Positions 1-8,645 of a stretch of DNA of 64,000 nucleotides are shown here, one piece after another (the first letter of the stretch is position 1; each line of letters opens with the position of its first letter). A program made the position numbers and the translations under genes. The notes beneath the pieces were generated by a model. The model ran no database searches, had not been told where the DNA came from, and saw only the letters and a program-made list of their open reading frames with translations. The stretch is from Bacteroidota bacterium (GTDB lineage: Bacteria > Bacteroidota > Bacteroidia > NS11-12g > UBA955): assembly GCA_016868785.1 (NCBI GenBank), contig VGFS01000004.1:4050-68049 (forward strand). Direction: 5' to 3'.

Positions 1-1154
1 ATTTGGATGGTTTCTGCATCCAAACGTTGGTTGATCGATACAATCAAGCCCAGCATGAAACAAGAGGAGATCACTTGTGTAACGCTGATATTCATCATGG
101 TCGCCAATTCATTGGCGGTGAGGAATTCGGTTACTTTCAAGATTTTGCTTTCCTTTTCCCGACGGAGGTTGGTTTCTCTGCGGTCGTTGGCGCGGTCTTC
201 TTTGTTTTTCTGCTTGATTTTTTGCTTCATTCCGCGAGACCTACCGGCATTGCCCATTTGTCCCATCGTATTTCTCACCTTCTGCTGTACAGCTTCTTTG
301 GTGATTTCTACTTTGGGTGCGGTGCGATTGTCGGTGTTATTGGATGATGTATTTTGGTCTTGTTTTACGCGTTCTTGCACGGCAACTTTTTCGGTACCGG
401 CTTGTTTGCGTTTGCGTTTGCGTTTTTCACGGAGGTCATCGCGGGCTTCACCGGCCAACGATTTTACACCGGTGGGGGCTAAGGTTGGGAGGTGGATTTT
501 GCCCAATACTTTCGGACCTGATAGCACTTCGAATTTGGTGTCGATTTTATCAACATCATCTTCTTCTGTGTCAGGTTCAGCGGGCTCTGCTGCTTTTTCT
601 ACTGCGGGTTTAGGGGCAGGTGTTGCCGTGGTTTCCACCACGGGTGCGGTCACAACCTCTTCTTTCGCTTCCGCAGCGGGAGCGATTTCTTTGGGTTCTT
701 TGGCTACGGGTGTAGTTTCAACAACGGCTTTTCCCTCAACTTTTGGCGTTTCCGTTTTGGCGTTTTTACCACCGATATCAATTTTACCTAGGATTTTGGG
801 TCCTACAACTTCATCAGAGCGCGAAACCAATTTTTCTGCGGTGGGTTCGGAGGTTTTCACCTCTTTTTCTGCGGCGGGTTTGGCTAATGGGGTAGTGGGT
901 TTTGCAGCCGGAGCGGGTGCTGGTGCTGGCGGCGGCGTGGGTTTGTTATCGCGGTTGGTTTTCAACAGCTTCGCCTCGTCTTTTGCGGCCTTATCCGCTG
1001 AAAATTCATGAAGCAATGCTTGATACATGTCTTCGGTAATTTTCGTTGTGGGTTTGGGCATTACATCGAAGCCTCGCTGATTGAGCACATCGGCAAGTAC
1101 TTGGAAGCTTCGATTCAACTCGGTGGCTACTTTTGCTAAACGGTATTCCGCCAT
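1..1154 (-). CDS. infB: Translation initiation factor IF-2, N-terminal part; runs off the left edge
   Basis: Manual translation from ATG 1154: MAEYRLAKVATELNRSFQVL..., then a K/E/P/A-rich linker and MNISVTQVISSCFMLGLIVSINQRLDAETIQ, typical of IF-2. Lies downstream of nusA. Absent from the ORF track because there is no stop in the window. Confidence 0.95.
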   Translation of the reverse strand, partial: MAEYRLAKVATELNRSFQVLADVLNQRGFDVMPKPTTKITEDMYQALLHEFSADKAAKDEAKLLKTNRDNKPTPPPAPAPAPAAKPTTPLAKPAAEKEVKTSEPTAEKLVSRSDEVVGPKILGKIDIGGKNAKTETPKVEGKAVVETTPVAKEPKEIAPAAEAKEEVVTAPVVETTATPAPKPAVEKAAEPAEPDTEEDDVDKIDTKFEVLSGPKVLGKIHLPTLAPTGVKSLAGEARDDLREKRKRKRKQAGTEKVAVQERVKQDQNTSSNNTDNRTAPKVEITKEAVQQKVRNTMGQMGNAGRSRGMKQKIKQKNKEDRANDRRETNLRREKESKILKVTEFLTANELATMMNISVTQVISSCFMLGLIVSINQRLDAETIQ

Positions 1155-1163
1155 ATTTTCTCT

Positions 1164-1171
1164 CAAAATTA
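1164..1171 (-). promoter_or_regulatory. Bacteroidota -7 promoter element (TAATTTTG) for infB
   Basis: Exact TAnnTTTG match 9 nt upstream of the infB ATG. Confidence 0.6.
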
Positions 1172-1280
1172 GTTTTATTGTCAATAATTCCCAAGGTTTA
1201 CCTCAATTACTCGGGGTGAAATGAGGCGGTTTTCGTCTAAGCCTCACATCCTTGGGGGCTGTGGGGCTTAGTGAGATTGT

Positions 1281-2543
1281 TTAGTCTTCGAATTCTGTTC
1301 TCAGAATCTTTTGAACTTCGATGATGGTTTCTTCTTCCAATTCTGTTCTGCGCATCAAATCTTCCAAGGGGGTGTTGATGACAGATTTGGCTGAATCCAA
1401 ACCAATCTTCTTGAATTCTTCGATGATCCATGTATCGATTTCGTCCAAGAATTCGTCCAAGTCCACATCGTCCTCGTCGTTTGTGGTCACGGCCATTCTG
1501 TACACTTCAATTTGGTAGCCGCTTAATTTACCTGCCAATTTGATATTGTGTCCGCCTTTACCAATTGCCAAAGAAACTTGATCGGCATCCAAGAATACAT
1601 CGGCAGTTTTCTTATCGTCGTTCAATTCAATGCGTGAAATAGTTGCCGGCTGCAACGAACGTTGGATGTACAAGTTCGTGTTGGTGGTGTAATTGATCAC
1701 GTCGATGTTTTCGTTGCGCAATTCGCGAACGATTCCATGGATACGGGCACCTTTTACCCCTACGCATGCACCTACTGGATCGATGCGGTCATCGTAGCTT
1801 TCAACGGCTACTTTCGCACGCTCACCGGGTTCACGCACAACTTTTTTGATGGTGATCAAGCCATCCATAATTTCGGGCACTTCCAATTCAAACAAGCGCT
1901 CCAAGAATTCTGGAGAGGTACGAGAAAGTACAATTTTTGGAGATCCTTTATCCATCTCCACTTCGTGGATTACGGCACGCAGGGTATCGCCTTTTTTGTA
2001 CATATCGCGGGGGATCATGTGTTCTTTGGGGAGCGACAACTCATTGCCATCATCGTCCAGAACCATGATTTCACGTTTCCACACATTGTATACTTCGCCG
2101 GTGATAATTTCACCGCGCTTGTCTTTGTATTTTTTAAACAATTCGTCTTTTTCCAATTCGATGATTCGACTCATCAGGGCTTGACGTGCGTTCAGGATAC
2201 TTCTTCGACCGAATTCATCGAGGAATACCTGTTGGATACAATCTTCACCTACTGCGTAGTCAGGCTCCAGGGTTTGGGCCTCAGACAGGGCGATTTGCAG
2301 GTTGGCGTCTTCCACTTCTCCTTCCTCAACAATGAGGCGGAGGTGATACATTTCGATGTCACCGGTTTCGGTGTTGATGATGATGTCGAAGTTGGCATCG
2401 TTTCCGTACTTCTTTTTCAGAATGTTGCGGAATACGTCTTCCAGTACGCGCATCATGGTAGCGCGGTCGATGTTCTTGAATTCCTTAAATTCGGAGAAAC
2501 TCTCCACAAGGTTGATGCCGAGATCTTTTGCCTTGACTTTCAT
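1281..2543 (-). CDS. nusA: Transcription termination/antitermination factor NusA
   Basis: S1 and KH domains, motifs DPVGACVGVKGARI and AIGKGGHNIKLA; rimP-nusA-infB order. Confidence 0.98.
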   Translation of the reverse strand: MKVKAKDLGINLVESFSEFKEFKNIDRATMMRVLEDVFRNILKKKYGNDANFDIIINTETGDIEMYHLRLIVEEGEVEDANLQIALSEAQTLEPDYAVGEDCIQQVFLDEFGRRSILNARQALMSRIIELEKDELFKKYKDKRGEIITGEVYNVWKREIMVLDDDGNELSLPKEHMIPRDMYKKGDTLRAVIHEVEMDKGSPKIVLSRTSPEFLERLFELEVPEIMDGLITIKKVVREPGERAKVAVESYDDRIDPVGACVGVKGARIHGIVRELRNENIDVINYTTNTNLYIQRSLQPATISRIELNDDKKTADVFLDADQVSLAIGKGGHNIKLAGKLSGYQIEVYRMAVTTNDEDDVDLDEFLDEIDTWIIEEFKKIGLDSAKSVINTPLEDLMRRTELEEETIIEVQKILRTEFED

Positions 2544-2544
2544 A

Positions 2545-3015
2545 TTATTTGAAGCTGATTATGATGGTTGCAGATTGAATGTTGGCATAGGGTACTTCGT
2601 GGGTAACCTCTACCGCTTTTTTTCCTTTTTCTTTTACGATTTCTTCGATGACAAAGGTATCGTCTTCGCGAATTTCCGTGAGTTTGCCGCTGAGTGTGCC
2701 TTCATTAAGAATGAAATCGAACGACCTTCCCACATGCTTGGTGTATTGCTTGCGGTTAGTTAACGGTCTTTCCGCCCCTGGGGAAGATATTTCAAACGTA
2801 AATACGTCTTCGCTGAGCCCAGAATCTTCTTCATCAATCTTTTGGGAGATGTGACGGGTAAAATCGGACAGGGTCTTCATTGAAAGCGGTTCTTCGCTGT
2901 CCATGTAGAACTGAAACAACTTGGCAGGACCCGTGGTTTGGGCTACCAAGAACAGTCCAAAAGCGGGTGCTTCTTGTTCTACGAGGGCGGTGAGTTTCTG
3001 TATTACGTTTGCCAT
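2545..3015 (-). CDS. rimP: Ribosome maturation factor RimP
   Basis: Motif FTFEISSPGAERPL and an Sm-like C-terminus; directly upstream of nusA; ATG at 3015 chosen. Confidence 0.93.
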   Translation of the reverse strand: MANVIQKLTALVEQEAPAFGLFLVAQTTGPAKLFQFYMDSEEPLSMKTLSDFTRHISQKIDEEDSGLSEDVFTFEISSPGAERPLTNRKQYTKHVGRSFDFILNEGTLSGKLTEIREDDTFVIEEIVKEKGKKAVEVTHEVPYANIQSATIIISFK

Positions 3016-3022
3016 AGTCAAC

Positions 3023-3054
3023 AAAAAAGGGGACTGCTTTTGGCTTGTCCCCTT
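3023..3054 (-). terminator. Intrinsic terminator-like hairpin in the 5' leader of rimP-nusA-infB (candidate attenuator)
   Basis: Minus strand reads AAGGGGAC-12 nt loop-GTCCCCTT then TTTT, between the promoter at 3080-3087 and the rimP ATG at 3015. Confidence 0.7.
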
Positions 3055-3079
3055 CCTAAGGTTAATTGGAAAAGTGTTG

Positions 3080-3087
3080 CAAATATA
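3080..3087 (-). promoter_or_regulatory. -7 promoter element (TATATTTG) for the rimP operon
   Basis: Exact TAnnTTTG match. Confidence 0.7.
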
Positions 3088-3111
3088 GCACTTATCCCCT
3101 GAAATTCCAAA

Positions 3112-4017
3112 TTATTTCAACACCTTGGCCTCAATGATGCTGATGTCGCGGGTGGGTCTGTCTTGCAGGTTGGTGGGTTGGTTTTCGATGGTGGCGAGTA
3201 CGTGGTAGCCCGACACCAATTTCCCAAACACGGTGTAGTTGTCATCGAGGTTGGGAGCACCGCCCCAGGTGGCGTATCTTTTTTTGTCAATGGCATGGAT
3301 ATCGGCATACAATTTTTCGATGATGGGGTTCATTTTTTCTTTCACTTGCAGTTCGATGGCTCGCAGGCCGGCCATGTTTCCGCTTTGACTCATTATTTGT
3401 CCATTCCTCACAGTTTCTGCGTTGGCGGGATCTTTGCGAAACAGGTCGAAGGCGATGGTTTCCAGGGCCATTTTGTATTGGGCTTCAGAGACTTGGGTTC
3501 CGGTGACGATAAAAAACTGTGACCCAGAGCTGTTTTTCATGGGGTTGATATCATCGCTCGGACGGGCAGCGGAGAGCGCGCCTCTAAAATGCCTGTATTC
3601 GCTTTTTATTTCACTGGGTACGGTGTAGCCAGGGCCGCCATCACCGAGTTGCGTATTTGGGGCCGCCCCTTTGGATTTTGGGTCGCCACTTTGCACCATG
3701 AAATCTTTGATGACACGGTGGAACAATACACCGTTGTAGAATCCTTGATTCACCAATTTGATGAAATTTTCGCTGTGTTGTTTTTGTGCGGGGTTGAGGG
3801 CGATGACCATATCGCCCACGGTGGTTTTTACCGATACGCGCGTCCAATCGGCCGGAGCGGAAGAATCGCTGTAGTCTTCCCCGCTTGGGGTTTGGGCTAC
3901 TTGGGCTACAGAATCGGTGGTATTGGATTTGTTTTCGGTATTACAAGCCGTGTAGGGTACGAGGGCACCCGCCATGATCATGGCAACGGGGAGGAACTTC
4001 AATGTCTTTTTCAACAT
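3112..4017 (-). CDS. Cyclophilin-type peptidyl-prolyl isomerase, probable lipoprotein, with an internal insertion
   Basis: Motifs FHRVIKDFMVQSGDP, RGALSAAR, SSGSQFFIV and LDDNYTVFG; signal peptide ending ...YTAC. Confidence 0.93.
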   Translation of the reverse strand: MLKKTLKFLPVAMIMAGALVPYTACNTENKSNTTDSVAQVAQTPSGEDYSDSSAPADWTRVSVKTTVGDMVIALNPAQKQHSENFIKLVNQGFYNGVLFHRVIKDFMVQSGDPKSKGAAPNTQLGDGGPGYTVPSEIKSEYRHFRGALSAARPSDDINPMKNSSGSQFFIVTGTQVSEAQYKMALETIAFDLFRKDPANAETVRNGQIMSQSGNMAGLRAIELQVKEKMNPIIEKLYADIHAIDKKRYATWGGAPNLDDNYTVFGKLVSGYHVLATIENQPTNLQDRPTRDISIIEAKVLK

Positions 4018-4044
4018 GGTTTCAATATTACGATTTGCGATTGA

Positions 4045-4410
4045 TTATTGGAATTGGATGATTTCTTCGGTTTCAAAATATTCGACGATATGTTGTCGCA
4101 TCAAACTTTCTTGTTCTAGGTAGCCCAAATTTGGGAGTGGGGTTACATTTTCCCAGGCTGGCCACCCGTTTTTGTCGAATCCGATGTGTTTATAATACCC
4201 GCTATAGCTCAAGATTTTGCAGGTGGCAATGTGCATCAGGTGTACTTTCTCTTCTTTGGTGAACGGTTTTTCGCGCAGTTCTCCGAGTTCTCTCACACCG
4301 ATGAGGAATAGGATGGCGTTGAGGTCGGGTTTTTTCTCAAAATTTTCCTCCACAAAGGCCACCACTTGGAGCCATTTGTCCCTGATTTCATGCATTAATC
4401 CGTCGGCCAT
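4045..4410 (-). CDS. Conserved Bacteroidota hypothetical protein
   Basis: KKPDLNAILFLIGVRELG...KEEKVHLMHIATC resembles a widespread Bacteroidota family; start 4410 or 4395. Confidence 0.75.
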   Translation of the reverse strand: MADGLMHEIRDKWLQVVAFVEENFEKKPDLNAILFLIGVRELGELREKPFTKEEKVHLMHIATCKILSYSGYYKHIGFDKNGWPAWENVTPLPNLGYLEQESLMRQHIVEYFETEEIIQFQ

Positions 4411-4492
4411 TCTACCGACAAAGGTCTGCAATTATTCGCAGGTGCCCTAAGCGTGGCGTAATTTTTGTATCGTTGGGGCAGGAAAAATCCCT

Positions 4493-6058
4493 ATGGCATC
4501 ACCCAAGAATTTTTTAGGATCATTGTTTGAGCGTGCAAAGAACGTGACCGATGTGTTTACATTGAAAAGGGCGCGGGCAAAAAAATGGCAGGATCGCACC
4601 TTGAAGAAAATGTTGTTTCACGCCCGAAACACGGAATACGGCAAGCAGTTTCAGTTTGAGTCGTTGTTGATTTCCGAGGATACCATCGCCAAGTTCAAAC
4701 AGCAGGTGCCCATTACCGATTACGAGGAGATGCATGACTGGTGGCAGCGCGAATACAGTGGAGAGGACAACATTACTTGGCCAGGTAGTGCCAAATATTT
4801 CGCATTGAGCTCGGGCACAACACAGGGTGCTAGCAAGTATATTCCGGTAACGCAGGATCAGTTGAAAGCCATGGTGAGGGCGAGTCGTCGTTTGATGTTT
4901 GCCATTGCCAAGACGGATGTGCCGAAGGATTTTTTCACCAAGCATTATTTGATGATTGGTGGGAGCACGGATTTGAATTTTGATGGTCAGAAATACTCGG
5001 GCGATTTGAGTGGAATTACAACGTTGCATTTGCCGTTTTGGATCGACCGATTCTCCAAGCCCACCGATGAAATTAAAAAAGAGCGGGACTGGCATCAAAA
5101 ATTGGAGATCATGGTGAATGAGGCACCGAATTGGGATATTGCGATGATTGCGGGTGGACCGGCTTGGGTGAAGATGTTGTTTGAGCGGATTTTGGAGCGA
5201 TATCAACTGAATAACATCCATGAAATTTGGCCACATTTGAGTGTTTACACGTGGGGTGCTGTGTCGTTAATGCCCTACAAAGACCAGATAGACGCAATGT
5301 TGGGCCGGCCGATTTATTACTTTGAGACCTATTTGGCGAGCGAGGGTTTTATTGCAAACCAGAACAAGTTGAAAAGCTCGGGTATGGGATTGGTATTCCG
5401 CAACAAGATGTATTTTGAGTTTGTGCCGTTCAATTTGGACAATTTTACCGAAACGGGCGATGTGAAGTCGGGGGCGGAGGCGTTGGATATCGATGAGGTA
5501 GAGGAAGGGGTGGATTATGCCATTTTGCTTACAACGTGTGCGGGTGCTTGGCGATATTTGATTGGCGATGTGATTCAGTTTACGGATGTGGATGCTTGTG
5601 AGATCAAAATTGTGGGTCGTACCAAGCAGTATTTGAGTTTGTGCGGTGAGCATTTATCGGTTGACAACATGAACCTGGCTACTTTGGCTTTGGGGAAATC
5701 GTTGGGTTTTTCGGTGCCAGAGTTCACGGTACGTGGGTTAAAGCATGAGAACGGGGAGATGGGACATCGCTGGTTTTTGGCTTACCCGTTGGGGGTTGAG
5801 AAGCCGGATGTGGTTGAATCGCAGCGTATTTTGGATGAGGCATTGATTGAGTTGAATGATGATTATGCCACGGAGCGGAAGCATGTATTAAAGCGAATGG
5901 AGTTGTTTTGGTTGCCGGAATCAGACTTTTTGGATTTCATGGATTACCGCGGGAAGATGGGCGGACAGGCGAAGTTTCCGAGGGTGATGGCAGAGGGGGT
6001 GTATAAGGAGTGGTTGTCGTTTTTGGGCAGTCGCTATCAAAAGGATACTTTTGCGTAA
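4493..6058 (+). CDS. GH3 auxin-responsive-family acyl-adenylate/amido synthetase-like protein
   Basis: Motifs LSSGTTQGASKYIP, YLASEGF, WRYLIGDVIQF and GQAKFPR. Confidence 0.9.
   Translation: MASPKNFLGSLFERAKNVTDVFTLKRARAKKWQDRTLKKMLFHARNTEYGKQFQFESLLISEDTIAKFKQQVPITDYEEMHDWWQREYSGEDNITWPGSAKYFALSSGTTQGASKYIPVTQDQLKAMVRASRRLMFAIAKTDVPKDFFTKHYLMIGGSTDLNFDGQKYSGDLSGITTLHLPFWIDRFSKPTDEIKKERDWHQKLEIMVNEAPNWDIAMIAGGPAWVKMLFERILERYQLNNIHEIWPHLSVYTWGAVSLMPYKDQIDAMLGRPIYYFETYLASEGFIANQNKLKSSGMGLVFRNKMYFEFVPFNLDNFTETGDVKSGAEALDIDEVEEGVDYAILLTTCAGAWRYLIGDVIQFTDVDACEIKIVGRTKQYLSLCGEHLSVDNMNLATLALGKSLGFSVPEFTVRGLKHENGEMGHRWFLAYPLGVEKPDVVESQRILDEALIELNDDYATERKHVLKRMELFWLPESDFLDFMDYRGKMGGQAKFPRVMAEGVYKEWLSFLGSRYQKDTFA
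6046..6053 (+). promoter_or_regulatory. -7 element (TACTTTTG) inside the 3' end of the GH3 gene, 4 nt before the murQ ATG
   Basis: Exact TAnnTTTG match. Confidence 0.5.
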
Positions 6059-6867
6059 TGCAAACGGAGTCAAGTTCAAATCACAGAAATTTAGAGGGGT
6101 TGGATTTTTTGTCGTTGGTGCAGGGCATCAACCAGGAGGATGCTTTATGTCACCAGCGGGTGGCGAGCGAAGCGAGCCACATTGCGGCGTTATGTGAGTT
6201 GGTTTTTTCTCGGTTGTGCGAGGGCGGTCGATTGTTTTATATGGGTGCGGGAACCAGTGGAAGGCTGGGTATCGTTGACGCGAGTGAGTGTCCGCCTACC
6301 TATGGTGTTCCGTTCGACAAAGTCATAGGCATCATCGCCGGAGGCGATGGGGCCATCCGCAAAGCGGTGGAATTTGCCGAGGACGACGAGCAACAAGGAT
6401 TTCGTGATTTAGAGGCCTACGGGGTGAATGTGAAAGACGTAGTAATAGGAATTGCTGCTTCGGGAAGAACTCCTTACGTCATTGGAGCGCTAAAAAAATG
6501 TCAAGAAATGGGCATTGCTACGGGCGGGGTTGTGTGCAACAAGGGCAGTCAGATACATGCCGTTTGCGATGTTTGTGTGGAAGTGGAAACGGGACCTGAG
6601 TTTGTAACAGGAAGCACGCGCATGAAGGCTGGCACCGCCACCAAGATGGTATTAAACATGATTACTACCAGCGTGATGATTCGGTTGGGGCATGTGAAAG
6701 ACAATAAAATGATTGATATGCAGCTGACCAATCACAAATTGATTGCCCGGGGCACTTCGATGGTGATGGATGAAACGGGGTTGGATGAAGGGGAGGCGAA
6801 AACGCGTTTGCTTGCGGCGGGTTCGGTTCGTAAGGCGGTGGATCAGTGGCGCTCAGAGCAGGGCTAA
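6058..6867 (+). CDS. murQ: N-acetylmuramic acid 6-phosphate etherase
   Basis: Motifs GAGTSGRLG, DASECPPTYG, IAASGRTPY and GSTRMKAGTATK; ATG overlaps the GH3 stop (TAATG). Confidence 0.96.
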   Translation: MQTESSSNHRNLEGLDFLSLVQGINQEDALCHQRVASEASHIAALCELVFSRLCEGGRLFYMGAGTSGRLGIVDASECPPTYGVPFDKVIGIIAGGDGAIRKAVEFAEDDEQQGFRDLEAYGVNVKDVVIGIAASGRTPYVIGALKKCQEMGIATGGVVCNKGSQIHAVCDVCVEVETGPEFVTGSTRMKAGTATKMVLNMITTSVMIRLGHVKDNKMIDMQLTNHKLIARGTSMVMDETGLDEGEAKTRLLAAGSVRKAVDQWRSEQG

Positions 6868-6889
6868 ACCAAAGGGCGAAACCGGAGGA

Positions 6890-7357
6890 TTAAGCCAAAA
6901 TTTCCCAAGTTCGATCAGCCAGTAAGCGTACGGTGTTGAGGAAGGTGTAGGGTGCATTTTTACCCCATTCGTAAGGTGCTACCATGCTCAATACTTGGGA
7001 GCCATCCTCTTTTTGATAGACGTGGTAAATGCCGTGTATGACTGGGTCGAAATTGATGTCGGCCTTATATATGGCATGCGACAGGGCCAGCCGTTCTTCG
7101 ATGGCTTTGGCCTGTTTCATGAGCAATTCGGCTTGTTTTTTCAGCATTGAAATCTGCTGTTCGGCCTGGTGCTGCATGCTTTCATGGGCGTTGGCCACCA
7201 GCATACGCTTGTCGATGGGCTCAATTTTGGGCGAGCTCACACTCAAGGCATACGGGGCATTGTGTGCTTCACCCTGAAATAGGGCGTCTTTTAGCACCAA
7301 TGGCCTGTTGTCTTGCGGCGTTTCGTTTGTATTGTCCGGGTGATTGTCGACCAACAT
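6890..7357 (-). CDS. DUF2452-like protein
   Basis: PYALSVSSPKI...IYKADINFDPVIHGIYHVYQKEDG...LSMVAPYEW pattern. Confidence 0.75.
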   Translation of the reverse strand: MLVDNHPDNTNETPQDNRPLVLKDALFQGEAHNAPYALSVSSPKIEPIDKRMLVANAHESMQHQAEQQISMLKKQAELLMKQAKAIEERLALSHAIYKADINFDPVIHGIYHVYQKEDGSQVLSMVAPYEWGKNAPYTFLNTVRLLADRTWEILA

Positions 7358-7372
7358 GACACGACTAACAAC

Positions 7373-8380
7373 TCAACGGGCAAATTGTTCCTTAGCCCAA
7401 TCTTTCTGCAACAACAACTCGGCAATCTGAACGGCATTGGTGGCGGCACCTTTGCGCAAGTTGTCGGAGACCACCCACAAGTTTAACGTGTTGGGTGCGC
7501 TATCATCGCGCCGAATTCTTCCCACAAACACATCGTCTTTGTCGTGGCAGGTGATGGGCATGGGATAAACGTTATTTTTTGGATCGTCTTGCAGGGTGAG
7601 GCCGGGTGCTTGACTGAGTTGCGATTTCACTTCTTCCAAATCGAAGGGATGCATGAAGGAGGCGTTCACACTTTCTGAATGTCCGCCCATTGCGGGAATT
7701 CTCACTGTAGTTGCGGTAATGTTGAGGTCGGGGATGCCCATAATTTTGCGGGTTTCAACCATCATTTTCCATTCTTCTTTGGTGTATCCATTGTCGAGGA
7801 AAACATCGATATGGGGGAGTGCATTCAAATCTATTGGGTGAGGATAAACGGCCTCAACGGGTTGGTTGTTGCGTTCAGAGAGCAATTGTGCCACCCCTTT
7901 TTGTCCTGTGCCGGTAACACTTTGGTAGGTACTTACCACCACTCGTTGCAATTGGTAGGCATCGTGTAGGGGTTTGAGTGCGACCACCATTTGAATGGTT
8001 GAGCAGTTGGGGTTGGCGATAATTCTGTGCTGGGGTTGGATGGCATCTGGGTTCACTTCTGTTACCACCAAGGGCACTGAGGGGTCCATGCGCCAAGCAC
8101 TTGAGTTGTCGATGACGAAGGTATTATTGGCGGCAAATTTGGGTGCCCATTCTGTGCTCACGCTTCCACCGGCGCTGAAAATGGCGATATGGGGTTTGGC
8201 GTCGACGGCGTCTTGCAGCGACACGATGGGGTAGGTTTTCCCTTGAAATTTAAGGGTTTTACCCACGCTTTTTGCCGAGGCTGCAGGCAGGAGTTCAGTG
8301 ATGGGAAAGTTGCGTTCGGCAAGAACTTCGAGCATTTTGGTGCCCACCAAACCGGTGGCGCCGACAACGGCTATTTTCAT
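7373..8380 (-). CDS. asd: Aspartate-semialdehyde dehydrogenase
   Basis: Motifs VVGATGLVG, IDNSSAWRM, ANPNCSTIQM and DNLRKGAATNA. Confidence 0.98.
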   Translation of the reverse strand: MKIAVVGATGLVGTKMLEVLAERNFPITELLPAASAKSVGKTLKFQGKTYPIVSLQDAVDAKPHIAIFSAGGSVSTEWAPKFAANNTFVIDNSSAWRMDPSVPLVVTEVNPDAIQPQHRIIANPNCSTIQMVVALKPLHDAYQLQRVVVSTYQSVTGTGQKGVAQLLSERNNQPVEAVYPHPIDLNALPHIDVFLDNGYTKEEWKMMVETRKIMGIPDLNITATTVRIPAMGGHSESVNASFMHPFDLEEVKSQLSQAPGLTLQDDPKNNVYPMPITCHDKDDVFVGRIRRDDSAPNTLNLWVVSDNLRKGAATNAVQIAELLLQKDWAKEQFAR

Positions 8381-8643
8381 GGGTGTTGAGATTGGAGGGG
8401 GGTATTTTCTGGGGATGTTTTTGGCAGCGATTCTGTGGTTACGTCGCCAGGTTTGGCAACGACAGAGTCTTGGTTGCCAGAATCTTTGTACAAGTCATCA
8501 AACATGGCTTCATTGCTGAGGCTGTCCAAGGAGTCTTGCGTGTGTTTTTCGGCGTCGTTGAAGGCCCCTTCGGGGTTGTTCGAGCAAGAGGCAAAGCCGA
8601 TGACAATGCAGGCAAGGAGGGCAAAAGGGAAGTTGTATTTCAT
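8377..8643 (-). CDS. Small acidic lipoprotein of unknown function
   Basis: Lipobox-type signal MKYNFPFALLACIVIGFASC; stop overlaps the asd start. Confidence 0.75.
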   Translation of the reverse strand: MKYNFPFALLACIVIGFASCSNNPEGAFNDAEKHTQDSLDSLSNEAMFDDLYKDSGNQDSVVAKPGDVTTESLPKTSPENTPLQSQHP

Positions 8644-8645
8644 GG

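Noticed and set aside
7-1011. 334-aa plus-strand ORF
   Set aside because: Antisense shadow of infB, with no independent motifs
3793-3808. 16-nt exact match GTTGAGGGCGATGACC, repeated at 31536-31551
   Set aside because: About one such match is expected by chance in 64 kb; one copy is coding and the match does not extend
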